A stretch of 64,000 bases of DNA from the human T2T-CHM13v2.0 reference genome, Homo sapiens: the NCBI RefSeq assembly GCF_009914755.1, contig NC_060927.1. One strand, written 5' to 3'. Made by a program: the position numbers and the translations under genes. Of this stretch, positions 52,736-64,000 are shown one piece after another; within the stretch, counting starts at the first letter, position 1; the number at the start of each line of letters is the position of its first letter. Under the pieces are notes generated by a model. That model had not been told where the DNA came from. It ran no database searches and was given only the letters and a program-made list of their open reading frames with translations.

Positions 52736-55394
52736 ATTTTTACTGTTTATTCCAACCTTCAAGCTTAGGACTATAGGAATTCGATTCATTTAAAAAACTT
52801 CTGCTGTTTTTAACAGAATTTAAAGATATTCAGAGATTAGTTGTGTGTTTGTTTTAACTACTCGCTGTGGTTTAGAGAGAGGTCTCAGGGTGTCAAGCTT
52901 CACTTTAAATATCTCTTTATAGGATCTCCCAAAGACTTTGAGATTTTAGATTGGCTCCTACCCTAGAAGACTGGCATTAAAAAGATAGACCAAGATCTAA
53001 GTGTTGGCTGGGACAGAGCAAACTGTCTGTTTAAGCTCCCAAATGCAGTTGTTTTAGCAGTCTAATAAATTAAGGGTAACAGTAATAATAGGAATTAACA
53101 ATGGCTAATTAAAATGCGGTAAGTTGCCAATTATGTAATGGGGTCTAAACCCCGGAGTAAATGGAGATATTTGCAGATGCGAAGTTGCGCTGTGCACGGT
53201 GGTAGGGGACCAGGGTGTTTTGATAATGAAAGTACCCTGGATGTGTGTGTGTGGAATTCTGGAGCCTGGTTGCCAAACTGCAAGCTCTTTACTGCTAGCT
53301 TGAAAAATGGGGAGCTCTAGACACTGTAAAGAATTGCAGTTTTTTTCTTTTAGGGAAGTGTCCCTCTCAGCCATTTAATATCACTAAGATGTCTAAGAAA
53401 GAAGAAGGATTCCAGGTGGTTTCTGAATGACAGGCTTGTTATATGCAGCAGAGCCTAGCCCTGCATGGCATATCCCCACATCCTGGGGGCTCTGCGATCT
53501 ACGTTTCTCTGGGTAGGGTCTGCCCTGTGCCTGTCTTTAGCACTGGTCATCCTCAGCACCCAGTGCAGGGCGCAGCATCCAGAGACTGCATGAAGTCGAC
53601 AAGTGAGATAGACCAACAGGCAACTTTTCAATAGGGAGACCCCTGTCTGCTTTCAATTATGGAAGAGTGTCCACTTTTATCTTTTTCAGTATTGCTTCGT
53701 CATTGCCTCTCTTCTCTCCGGGATGGCTGTTGGAGCTTTTCATTTTAGCCTTCACGTCTCTTAATATCGCTTTCATATTTTCTCTTTATCTTTCTGCACT
53801 GCATTTTGAGGGGTTTCATCAGTTTGTCTTTTTTTCACCTACTTTCTCTTCAGGTGGGCCTAATCTCACTGTTTTTACTTGCTTATATATTTTTTAAAAC
53901 CTGTATTATATTTTTCACTTCTAGAATTTCTATTATGGTTGTTATTGTTGTTGTTATTTAAATAGGTTTTTTTTCCTGGTTCTCTGTTCGGGATGGGGCA
54001 GCCCTCTTCCCTGCTATCCTCATTCCTGCAGCCTTGACTTCTGCCCTTGACCTGGTGTTAAACCCTAGCCCTAAGCCCTGTATGCAGTACTGCTACTCCT
54101 GGGACTTTCTTGAAGGCGCTGGTCCCTGGGTGTAACTGTTATGAATTTGTTGGCTAACTTCCTTCCAGTCTGTGACCTCCACTACACTCGAGGTGACCTT
54201 GGCCTCTAGTTCCCGAGCACAGGGACTGATGCTGAGAGTGGCTTGGTACATCCACGGATAGTGGGGACAAAGGCAGGCCTTTTGGGAACAATGCTGCTCT
54301 CTTTCCCACTGCCGGGAGAGCAGGAGGCTTAGCTGCAGCTGATAAGCTAGGTCTGCCCAGCTCTGCCCACACAAGTTCACTGGCAGGGGAGCAATGTTTG
54401 TGTCCAGTCTCTCACTCTTCCTCTGTAGGGTTTGGTGCATGTTACCATTCCATGGGCTGACACAGGAATGTGGGGAAGGGGGGCGTGGCCTAGTGTGTCT
54501 CTTTGATGAGTGAGCTCCACAGAGTTCTCCACACATCCAGCAGGGCCCATGGAAGCTACAAGGGAGTGTGGTCTTTCTGAGCCGCATGTGCACAGAACGT
54601 CTTAGGGGGAGGCCCTGAGGGAGTCTGCGGGGTGTCACCGTTAGGGCCCCTCCATCCCCGTTGGCTCCTGGGCCCTGTTTCCCGCCTGCGATTGCCACAC
54701 TTTGTCACAGGGTGGCAGCAAGAGGCAGACGTGGAGGCTGCGCAGGGCTCTGTCACAGTTGTGGACACTGCCAGGCTGCACGCCTGCCCCTCCTGGAGCT
54801 TTGGACAGATGTCCGGGCCAAGGCTGCGGCTGAAGGCCTTCTCTTACCTGCATGAAAGTTTCAGCAAAGAGGGAAAATTTCCCCTTTCAGTGAATGAGGC
54901 TGATAATATCCCTAGATTTCCAATTTGCCTTTTCTGCATCAGAACCCATACCTTTTTCAGAGGAACAGTGCACGCCTACCAAAAAAGATGAAAAATAAAT
55001 GTCAGAGTGAGAGCTGGGGGTGAGGGGACAGCTGGGAATTCCCCCTGCACTGCCTGCTGGCTGTCACTTGGGTGTGTGGCTTTGCTCTTCTGGGCCTTAG
55101 TGTCCCCATCTGTAAAATGAGGAGACCAGTCACATCTGAGTAGTGAGGCTGACGTGTGAAGTAAGGACCTTGAGTGTCTAAGGCCGTCAGCTTGGCACAG
55201 AGGAAGCGTTGGCTCTTCTGACTCTAAAAACCAGTATTTGGCATATATGGAATTAGCAGACGAAAGGAATCAGAGGAGCCCTTGCTTGGAGAATTTCCCA
55301 CTAATCTCTGGTAAAGGAGGGACCAAAACAGACTCCTTTCTTCTCCCTCCCTCCTTTCCTTCCTTCATTCCTTCTTTGCTATTGTCAGTGGTAT

Positions 55395-55600
55395 CCCATG
55401 GTAGAAACAATGACAGACTTTGGCTCCAAATGGCCTGGGCCAGAGCCTGACTCTTCCATACTCTGTGTGACCTTGGGCAAGTTATGTAACCTTTCTGTGC
55501 CTCTGTTTCCTCCCCTGTACAATGGGGATGCTTGTGAGATTTTGGTGAGGATTACAGTGTTAGTGTAGATAAAGCCTGGAACATGGTAAGCCCTGTATTA
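55395..55600 (+). mobile_element. MIR SINE
   Basis: CTGTGTGACCTTGGGCAAGTTATGTAACCTTTCTGTGCCTCTGTTTCCTC. Confidence 0.8.
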
Positions 55601-55675
55601 CTGTTTGCTTTTATTGTCCTGCTTGACTCTGAGAGCCAAGGTGGGCTTTTCCAAAGGCTTCAGAGGTAGTTATGA

Positions 55676-55992
<317 letters not shown>

Positions 55993-56577
55993 TTATGCCA
56001 CTGGCTTCCGCGATGGCCCAAACATGCTCCTTGACATGCCCACGGGCTCTTAGCTCCAGATGTCTCCTTCATTCTTGCTACCCTTCCATATACTACATAC
56101 AGTGCTGGGATGCAGAGACCAAGCTGAGGTCCCTCCCTTGAAGGGCTCACAATGTGGAGGGACAGGTAGACACAGAATCAGACTTCAGAATGGTCAGAAA
56201 TGCCTTCCAGTACAGGCTGCAGACCCAGGGAGAGGAGCCACTTGGTTAAATTTTGGGAGGCATTGGGGTGCAGGAGAACTCAAAAAGGTGACTGTGGAAT
56301 CAGAACTAGGCGCTGGAATGGGCTTGCCAAGTGAAGAACGTGTTCCCCACTGGAAGGCAGCTTGGACACTAGCATGTGGCAGGGGGTTGGGGTTTGCAGG
56401 GTCAGAGTCAGTGTGGCCTGAGCCCTCATATAGGTGAAGCGAAAAAGGAGGTGGAGTTGGCCAGCAGGTCAGGAACCAGTGGACCACAGGTGGCTGTGTT
56501 TTCATGTCAGATAAGAAGCTTTCACCGTGGACTGGGTGGAGGATCTGACCAGTTTTATGCCTTAAGAAGACAGCTCG

Positions 56578-56879
<302 letters not shown>

Positions 56880-57149
56880 TAGACAACTCAAGCACCAACC
56901 AATACAGATCACAGGGAGAAGTGAGGGATCCTGAGGGGAGCGAGACAGTCCAGTGGTGAAGGTTTTATGCCACGACAGTGAGAACTGCAGAATGTGCACT
57001 GGGGAGATGTTCTGGAGGTAGAATCCATACTTGTCCCTGACATTTGTGGACTCAGGGAAGGAGCAAAATCGCAATGTCCTCAACCTGTGGCCCGACCCCT
57101 TTCTTGGCCATCCTCCTGGCCCTAATCACTACAGCAAGGGGTCCCATGT

Positions 57150-57150
<1 letters not shown>

Positions 57151-57182
<32 letters not shown>
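57151..57182 (+). repeat. (CA)n microsatellite
   Basis: 16 perfect CA units. Confidence 0.95.
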
Positions 57183-57185
<3 letters not shown>

Positions 57186-57761
57186 GTGTGGAGCCCTCAG
57201 CTTGCATAAATCTATGCTACCTCCACCAGCCACCTCTTGGCTGCCTTGGGCCTAGGGTTGCACACATAGGCAGTGTTGTCTGCCCTCAGGAGGACCACCT
57301 GGGAAAGGGGCCCACACAAGTCCAAGAAGCAAGCTCAAGGCAAACATTTGGTTGGGGACTTTCAGGATCCCTGAAAGTATTCGGAGTGAGGCGTAGATGA
57401 GGAAGGGTGTGGGTTCCGGGTTGGCATGTCCCCTTGGCCCACAGACTCCTCCTCTCTTTGAGAGGATGTGGCTGTAGGAAGGAGACAGGGGACCCTCTGA
57501 TGCCTGGAGCCCAGGGCAGGGCCTTCAGTGGCTGGGTGGTCTCATCAGCCAAACAAGGAACACATGACGAGGAGCAGCTTGTAGGGTGAGGACAGCAAGC
57601 TCGGTCCCCAGTGTGATGTGTTTTGGGTACCCACAGCAGTGTACCTCCAGGTTCTCTGAGATTTAAAGAAGTTTGGTTAGGGGGAAGACGGACAGTGTCT
57701 GGCTCTTGAATGAGTGCTTCACTGTGTACTATTTTAGTAACAGAGAGGGCTGTCCTGAAGT

Positions 57762-57762
57762 A

Positions 57763-57814
<52 letters not shown>

Positions 57815-57918
57815 CCTCCCTCCCTCCCTCCCTCCCTCTTCCTCCCCCCTTCCTTCTTCCTTCCCCTCCCCCTCTGTTTCTCTCTTTATCTCTCTGTCTC
57901 TGTCTCTCTTTCTGTCTC
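57762..57918 (+). repeat. (TC)n-(TCCC)n compound polypyrimidine microsatellite
   Basis: About 22 TC units, then TCCC units and degenerate CT. Confidence 0.93.
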
Positions 57919-58700
57919 ATATGGAAACACATACAAGCACACACAAGGACTAGTAACAGATTTGACCTTCTCTGGGGAAGTTCAGTTTTGGGGATTTGCT
58001 TCCCTCCATAGAAGAAAAACCCCCAAAACTTCTGGTGGTCTCTAGGGAGACAAAACAAAATAAAAAAGATGAAAAACCCCTAGAACTCCAGTTTTAGGAT
58101 GCAGTTTACCTGCTGGGAACTGAATTTGTCATTTTCTAGTTTTTCCTTTTCAGTTTCTACTTTAAATGTAAAAGGTCTAAACTTTGGGAAATACTTAGGG
58201 GATTTTGAAGGAAAAATATAATGAAAATGAAAGGCACAATGGAATCTTTTCATTCCAGGGGCAAGAGTATGGAAATGAGTGAAACCCAAGTGGCTCTCCT
58301 CAGCCCCCTTCCCTCTCTGGAGAAGGGCAGGGGCTCCACAGGCCTGGACACCTCATTCCTGTCTTGCTTCTTCAGCAGTGTGACTATGTAGTCTAAGTTT
58401 GGGAACATACTGGTATCTCTGGGAGCCATTATGAGGGCTCACCAAATAACTTGGGACATGGTAAATCCTCAATAAATGGTAATGTCATTATTATTTCTCT
58501 TATTATAATTACTACAATTTAATTCCTTTAAATGGTAGAGCCATGGTCAAATTACCCTGGAAGAGGCGTAAGTCATACATGAAAACAAAAATACTAGAGA
58601 GGAATAAACAAAATGATAATTATAATTGAGCCAGGAGGATTAGGATGTATTCTAAGAGGAGATAACTCTTGGTGTAGCTGTGGAATTGGTGCTTAATACA

Positions 58701-59330
58701 TGATGGATGGATGGATGGATGGATGGATGGATGAGTGGGTGTATGGAGAAAGGGACAGAGAGGTGAGTGAATGGATTGGATGGATGGGTGAATGGATGGG
58801 TGGGTGGGTGGATAGACGAATGAATGGATGTAGGGTTGGATAATGGATGGATGGGTAAATGGATGGATGAGTGGGTGGATAGATGAATGAATGGATGTAG
58901 GGATAGAGGATAGATGGATGGGTGAATGGATGGATGTGTGGGTGGATAGATGAATGAATGGATGCAGGGATGCATTAATGGGTGGATGGGTGAATGGATG
59001 GATGAGTGGATGGACAGATAGATGAATGAATAGATGTAGGGATGGGTTAATGGGTGGATGGGTGAATGGATGGGTTGGTGGATAAGTAGATTAATTAATG
59101 GATGTAGAGATGGATTAATGGATGGATAGGTGAATGGACCGGTGGGTGAATAGATGAATGAATGGATGTAGGGACGGATAATGGATGGATGGGTGAATGG
59201 ATGGATGGAGAGATGAGTGGATAGATAGTTGGGTGAATGAATGGAGTGGACAGGTGGATGAGTAGATGGATGAATAGGTAGAGGGATGGATAGTTGGGGG
59301 AGGGAGGAAGGAAGGGATGGGTGAATGAAT
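58701..59330 (+). repeat. Degenerate (GGAT/GAAT)n array with a ~64-72 bp higher-order period
   Basis: Landmark GATG(T/C)AG recurs at 58827, 58894, 58961, 59033, 59101 and 59165. Confidence 0.9.
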
Positions 59331-59839
59331 TTCTGAGTGGAGATACTTCAAATAACTGTGTTTTTCTGCTCTCAGGGGCCTTGGAATTATTGGCCATTCT
59401 CCTGGGCAGTTGTTCTATCTCCTCACCTAAGTCCATATATCTACTTGCTTTACCAGTGCTGGGGCAGTGAGCAAGGTCACCAGGATGCATGGGGGCAGTG
59501 TGACCCCCATTAAGAGGGATGTTTTGTTGCAACAATGCTGAGAGAATGATGTGTCCATGGACCAGGGACATACTTGCCCCAGCAGTTGGCATACTTATTC
59601 TTCTGTGATCTGTGCTATGCTGCCTGCTCCTTAAGCCCTTCCTGTGTAGTCAGGTGTCATACACAAAGCTACCTTCAGCCGCCTTTTCTGGACTCCGTCT
59701 CCATTCCTCTGCCTTTATCTCCCCCTGCCCCCAGGGAGAAACCCTGTTTTCTCAGCCATCCTCTTTCCTGCCTCCTCATTGTTGCCCATACTGTTCCCTG
59801 CTAAATCCTCGTAGAGCTGTTACTATTTCAAGCACCTTT

Positions 59840-60110
59840 GCAGGTCCTGCTCAAATGCCACCTCTTCTATGAAGCCTTTGCTAAGCTCCTTAAAGGGGTT
59901 CTGATTAGAAACATGTTTATGCTACTATGATCCCGGTCTACACCATTCCCACAGGCTCTCCAGAATGCTGATCCAAGATTGACTTGTGTTTGGTTATCTG
60001 TGCCCTTGGGTCTCTCTTGGGACACTGAGCTCCTTCCTAGAGGGCAGAGACTGTCTGCTTCAGCTCTGTCTCCCACGTAGCCTGGCACCAACATGTAGTG
60101 GTTAATATCC
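59840..60110 (+). mobile_element. L2 LINE fragment
   Basis: GCTCAAATGCCACCTCTTCTATGAAGCCTT...GAGCTCCTTCCTAGAGGGCAGAGACTGTCT...GCCTGGCAC. Confidence 0.7.
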
Positions 60111-62114
60111 CAGATCATTCTCATCTCAGAAGCGGGGGCATTGTGCTGTGGTTGAGTGCGCTACACGCCACACCTGTGGATTTCGATCATTGGGTGTGTG
60201 CCTGTTTCTTTAAAAGCTGCATTCCTATTGGCAGATCTTCTGATTTGATAGGACTTTAAAATGATGCTCACTTAAAAAAAAATCCATGAGCGACTTTGTC
60301 TTCTCTTCAAAATCTTTGATTCAATGCATATGAGCCCATCTTGAACAGTCTAGCAAATAGTAGGTGCCTCAAATATTTCTAAAGGAATAAGTGGATTTTT
60401 CTCAGAAGCTGTTCATTTGTCCACCTCGTGGCCCAGGGAGCAGTGGCCTGGGCGATGGACGCACTGAGTGGTAAGTGAATCAATCAAGGGCCCAGAGAGG
60501 GAGAGGCAAAGGCAAAATGAAACCACAGAATGCAATTGTCCTGTCTTCCCTTCTTAATGTTTAATAGTGTTTATGGGACAGTGACACATGGAGAAATATT
60601 TAAGAGACATTTATAGATATTTTAAAGTATAACTTATGATTGATCTTTTTAATACCAGAAGAATTTGTATTTAAGTGTGAGAAAAAAACTCTGTGGCTGT
60701 GTGACTCAGGGCTTATTTTTCATGAGAAGATTGCCAGGGGAGCCCCTCTTGCTTCTTGAACTTCTGGAAAGCAAGAGAGGTCCCCTGGGAAGGAGCTTTC
60801 TCTAAGTTGGATGCATACAGGTGACACTCATGATGTGGGCAGGAATCCAGGGCTTGGGAGAGCTTTATCACACTTGCTTCCTCATTGTATTGTGTAAATG
60901 AGCCACAGGCCCACTGAGACCCCAGTCTCTTTTTGGAGAAGAATGCAAACAGATTCTTCTATATTGAGGACCCATGGTGCAGAATGTGCAGGGCACAGGG
61001 TATCAGGTCATAGAGAAGTTGGTAGCTCTGTGACCTTGGGCGGGTATAAGTTGCTGTTCTGGGCCTGAGTGTCCACGTCTGCAAAAAAAATGACAGTGCT
61101 CTCCTGGGGAAAGGTAAGATCATATGTGAAAGCTCTGACCACAGCAGTTGATAGAGGAAAAAGTCAATGTCAGCAGCCTGCCTGAATCCTTTACTTGAAG
61201 ACAGTGAAAGCAGACAGTTAGGAAAGGAGAAATGCACTCATATTTATTTTGCAGCAAAAATAAATATCTAAGTGAGAAATGGGTGGCCCCTGGACTTGTG
61301 GGCTTGTGGAATAACTCAAACCTTATTTATTCAGTCAACATTTGTTGAGTATCTGCCATGTGTTAGGCACCGTGCTCATGTTATTGTTTATGAAGGTTGA
61401 AAAAGACAAATGTGGCCTCAGGGAATTGAGTTTGGGAGGAGAACTGGATGGATAGATGCTAAAGAAATAATAAAACAAATGTATGGCTGATGAAGAGAAA
61501 CCTTAAAGGAGCTATGGCCCATCTCATGAACTTTTAAACATGACTCACAAGAAGTATATTTGCATAGAAGACTGGTGTGTGTGTATGTATGTGTAGCAAT
61601 GGTTTTTCCTTATATGGGCATTGCACTGGTATTTTTATTTTATTATTTTTTAAATGGAAGTTCCAACCCACTAAATTAATTATATTGCCTATTATTGGGT
61701 TGCCACTTGCATTCTAAAAACTTCTGAAGAACAATTCTTAACCTTTTCTGCTGCAGTTCCTTTGGTGCACTTTTGATAAAGTGAAATGCAATATAAAGCC
61801 CTTCAGAGCGTCCATTTTGGGTAGCATTCACTCCCTGAAGAATTAGAGTCTAAATAAGATGGTAGACTATAATCAATAATTGAATTCTAGACCTAGTCCT
61901 AGCTTTTTAGCTGCAAAATATGGGCATTTGTGTTGGCATGATTGCTAGGATTTATATGCATATTTTTAACTCCCGATAATAAGTGGACAAAATGACTCTC
62001 TTTAGCTAATTTTAACGCTCTTTTACATCCAGATACTTATTTTCTTTCATTCAAACTCAAACACCTTTTACTAAGGTTTTACTATGTATCAAGTTTTTTT
62101 AAAAAAGAGAAAAA

Positions 62115-62345
62115 ACATAGCCAATACTTGTCTAGTATTTGTTATGTTCAAGGTACTAATCTCAGCACTTACATGTAATAACTCATTAAATACAATAACC
62201 TGATTAGGGAGGTTGTCTTATTATTTCCATTTTACAAATGAGAACCAAGGTTCATGGAGGTTAATTAATGGGCCCAAGGTCAAGTGATGGAGTTACATTT
62301 GAATCCAGAGGTCTCGGGCTTAGGAACCTGTGTTTTTAAAATTGT
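62115..62345 (-). mobile_element. MIR SINE
   Basis: CCATTTTACAAATGAGAACCAAGG...GAGGTTAATTAATGGGCCCAAGGTCA. Confidence 0.75.
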
Positions 62346-63059
62346 GGGCTTTACTAGCACATATGTTAAAACAGTCTTTTCCATGCCGCAAACGCCCCTT
62401 ACTCTTTTTCCCCCCCCGAATGATTATTGTTTCCCCAATTATAGCCATAATATGCCAGTTTAAGTCCTTCTTTTGCAGGTAGCTTGTCCCAAGGACAGGC
62501 ATCAGTGTCTCAGCACCTCTGCTTTGATCCATCCTCTGGGTGGATTTACCCAGTCTGCCTTTGTAGAGTCTGGCCAAGTGAGGTTTTGTCCAACCAGATT
62601 GTGAGATAACATGGTGTGGTGGTGTACAGCCACATTTAAAAAATCCACGATCTTGTTGCAGATGTACGATTCTGTTCCGTCAAACAAAAAAAAACCTGCC
62701 AGCTGCGATTGCCTCTTTCTCCTTCTGTGAAGCCAATGTCATGTTTCCTACGTTTCAGTCATTTGGTTTTACCTTCATGGTTTTACCTGATACTTATTGT
62801 TTTTCTATAAATTGACTTACTTAAAAAAATTTCAATAAAATTATTTAAATGAAAACCTTGAATCAGTACTATAAATAAATAACAAACCATTATCACCTTC
62901 CATGGTAGAAATAACTGCTATGAAAACAAAACAAGAGCATTAAATCCTAGCTGGTTATGTTTGCCTGCTGATGGCCATTAGCTCGAGGCCTGTCCTCTCT
63001 CTGTAAAATGGAACATTGGAAAAGTGGTTATAGTGGTCAGGGTTTAGTGGTCTATGGTT

Positions 63060-63430
63060 TAGTGGTCAGCATGCTAGGCTATGCTGTGGTAGTAAGTACA
63101 ACATTGAAATCTTGTGACTTACCCCAACAAAGCTTTACCTATGGGTCACACAAAGCCTGCTGGGCTCAGAGTACTCCCCAGGGTCGTGTCCATCCTGAAT
63201 CTCCACTCAAGGCTGCAGACTGTATTCATTCTGGCTCCATCACCACATCATACAGCTTGTCTGGTGGCTGCAGAAAGGGAGGAGAGGGTGAGGATGCACC
63301 ATCTTTACCTGCCTTGGCTCAGAAGGGACCACATAACTTCTGCTCACATCTATCGGTCAGAGCCAGTTATATGGCCTAGGTCTCACGGGAAGGGACAACA
63401 CTGGGAAATAAAGAAGAACAAGTGAGTATT
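63060..63430 (-). mobile_element. Old MLT1 (J/K-like) LTR fragment
   Basis: GCTAGGCTATGCTGTGGTA...ACTTCTGCTCACATCTATCGGTCAGAGCCAGTTATATGGCC matches reverse MLT1 motifs. Confidence 0.6.
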
Positions 63431-64000
63431 TTGTTAAAGGTAACCTTAAATACAACATCGAGATTTTGTTTTATTTTGATTGGTTTTGTTTGCGTTTTTC
63501 TCTTAACACAAGCAGAAACATTGAAAACAAGTTATAAAGAGGAAAACTCCCTCATGGTGTGGATGTATGTTATCTAACGTTGGGCCTGAGAACTCTTTGC
63601 CATCAGCTCTCATGTTCAGTCTGCAGGAATCCATGCTTTAGCAGGTCCCAGCACCAAACCTGTGACCGTGGGGCCATTGAGGAAGGTCATTCAGGAGCAG
63701 GGCAACTTCCCAGAACAAAACTTCAACATGAACAAATTTTGTTTGTTTCGGAAAGGGATACCTCCCAGAACTTTGATTTACCATAGTTTAAAGATGCATA
63801 GAATGTCACTTTTATTGTTTTCATGTGATCTTGGCCTTTTCAACTGAGGTTTTACCAAACACGTTATTCTCTTTAGGAACAGGCTAATTTTGTTTTTTTG
63901 AGGCTTTAGCCTGGTTTATGTGCAAATGTTAGATCTCCCCAGCTAGAAGACAGCTTCATGAGTATAGGAAACCCTTCAGTCTTCAAATTGCCCAGGTGTT

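Noticed and set aside
54061-54080. AACCCTAGCCCTAAGCCCTG telomere-like repeats
   Set aside because: Only about 3 degenerate units; too short for an interstitial telomeric sequence.
54093-54698. 201-aa minus-strand ORF
   Set aside because: No recognisable domain or splice context; expected by chance in moderately GC-rich intronic DNA.
58652-59592. His/Pro/Ser/Ile-rich ORFs on the minus strand
   Set aside because: Translations of the (ATCC)n simple repeat.

Overview
Primate (human-like) genomic DNA: Alu, L1, L2, MIR, MaLR and MER repeats throughout. The centre of the window holds the 5' end of CACNA2D3 (voltage-gated calcium channel alpha2/delta-3 subunit) on the + strand: a ~2.6 kb CpG-island promoter, coding exon 1 (ATG 30589, donor after 30710), a 677-nt intron 1, coding exon 2 (31388-31469), and an intron 2 that runs past the window end. 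The upstream 28 kb is a nested stack of L1, Alu and LTR elements, including a complete THE1 provirus-like element with its 5-bp TSD. Nearly all listed ORFs are repeat-derived or GC-rich artefacts. The most unusual item is a 551-bp AT-rich insert (14951-15501) that I cannot assign to any repeat family. It has a perfect 13-bp TSD, an L1-endonuclease-type site, a decayed A-tail and almost no CpG depletion. Also noted: a perfect 26-bp dispersed duplication, a 21-bp promoter tandem repeat, an inverted Alu pair and a higher-order GGAT minisatellite. Repeat family and subfamily names come from remembered consensus sequences, not from a search.
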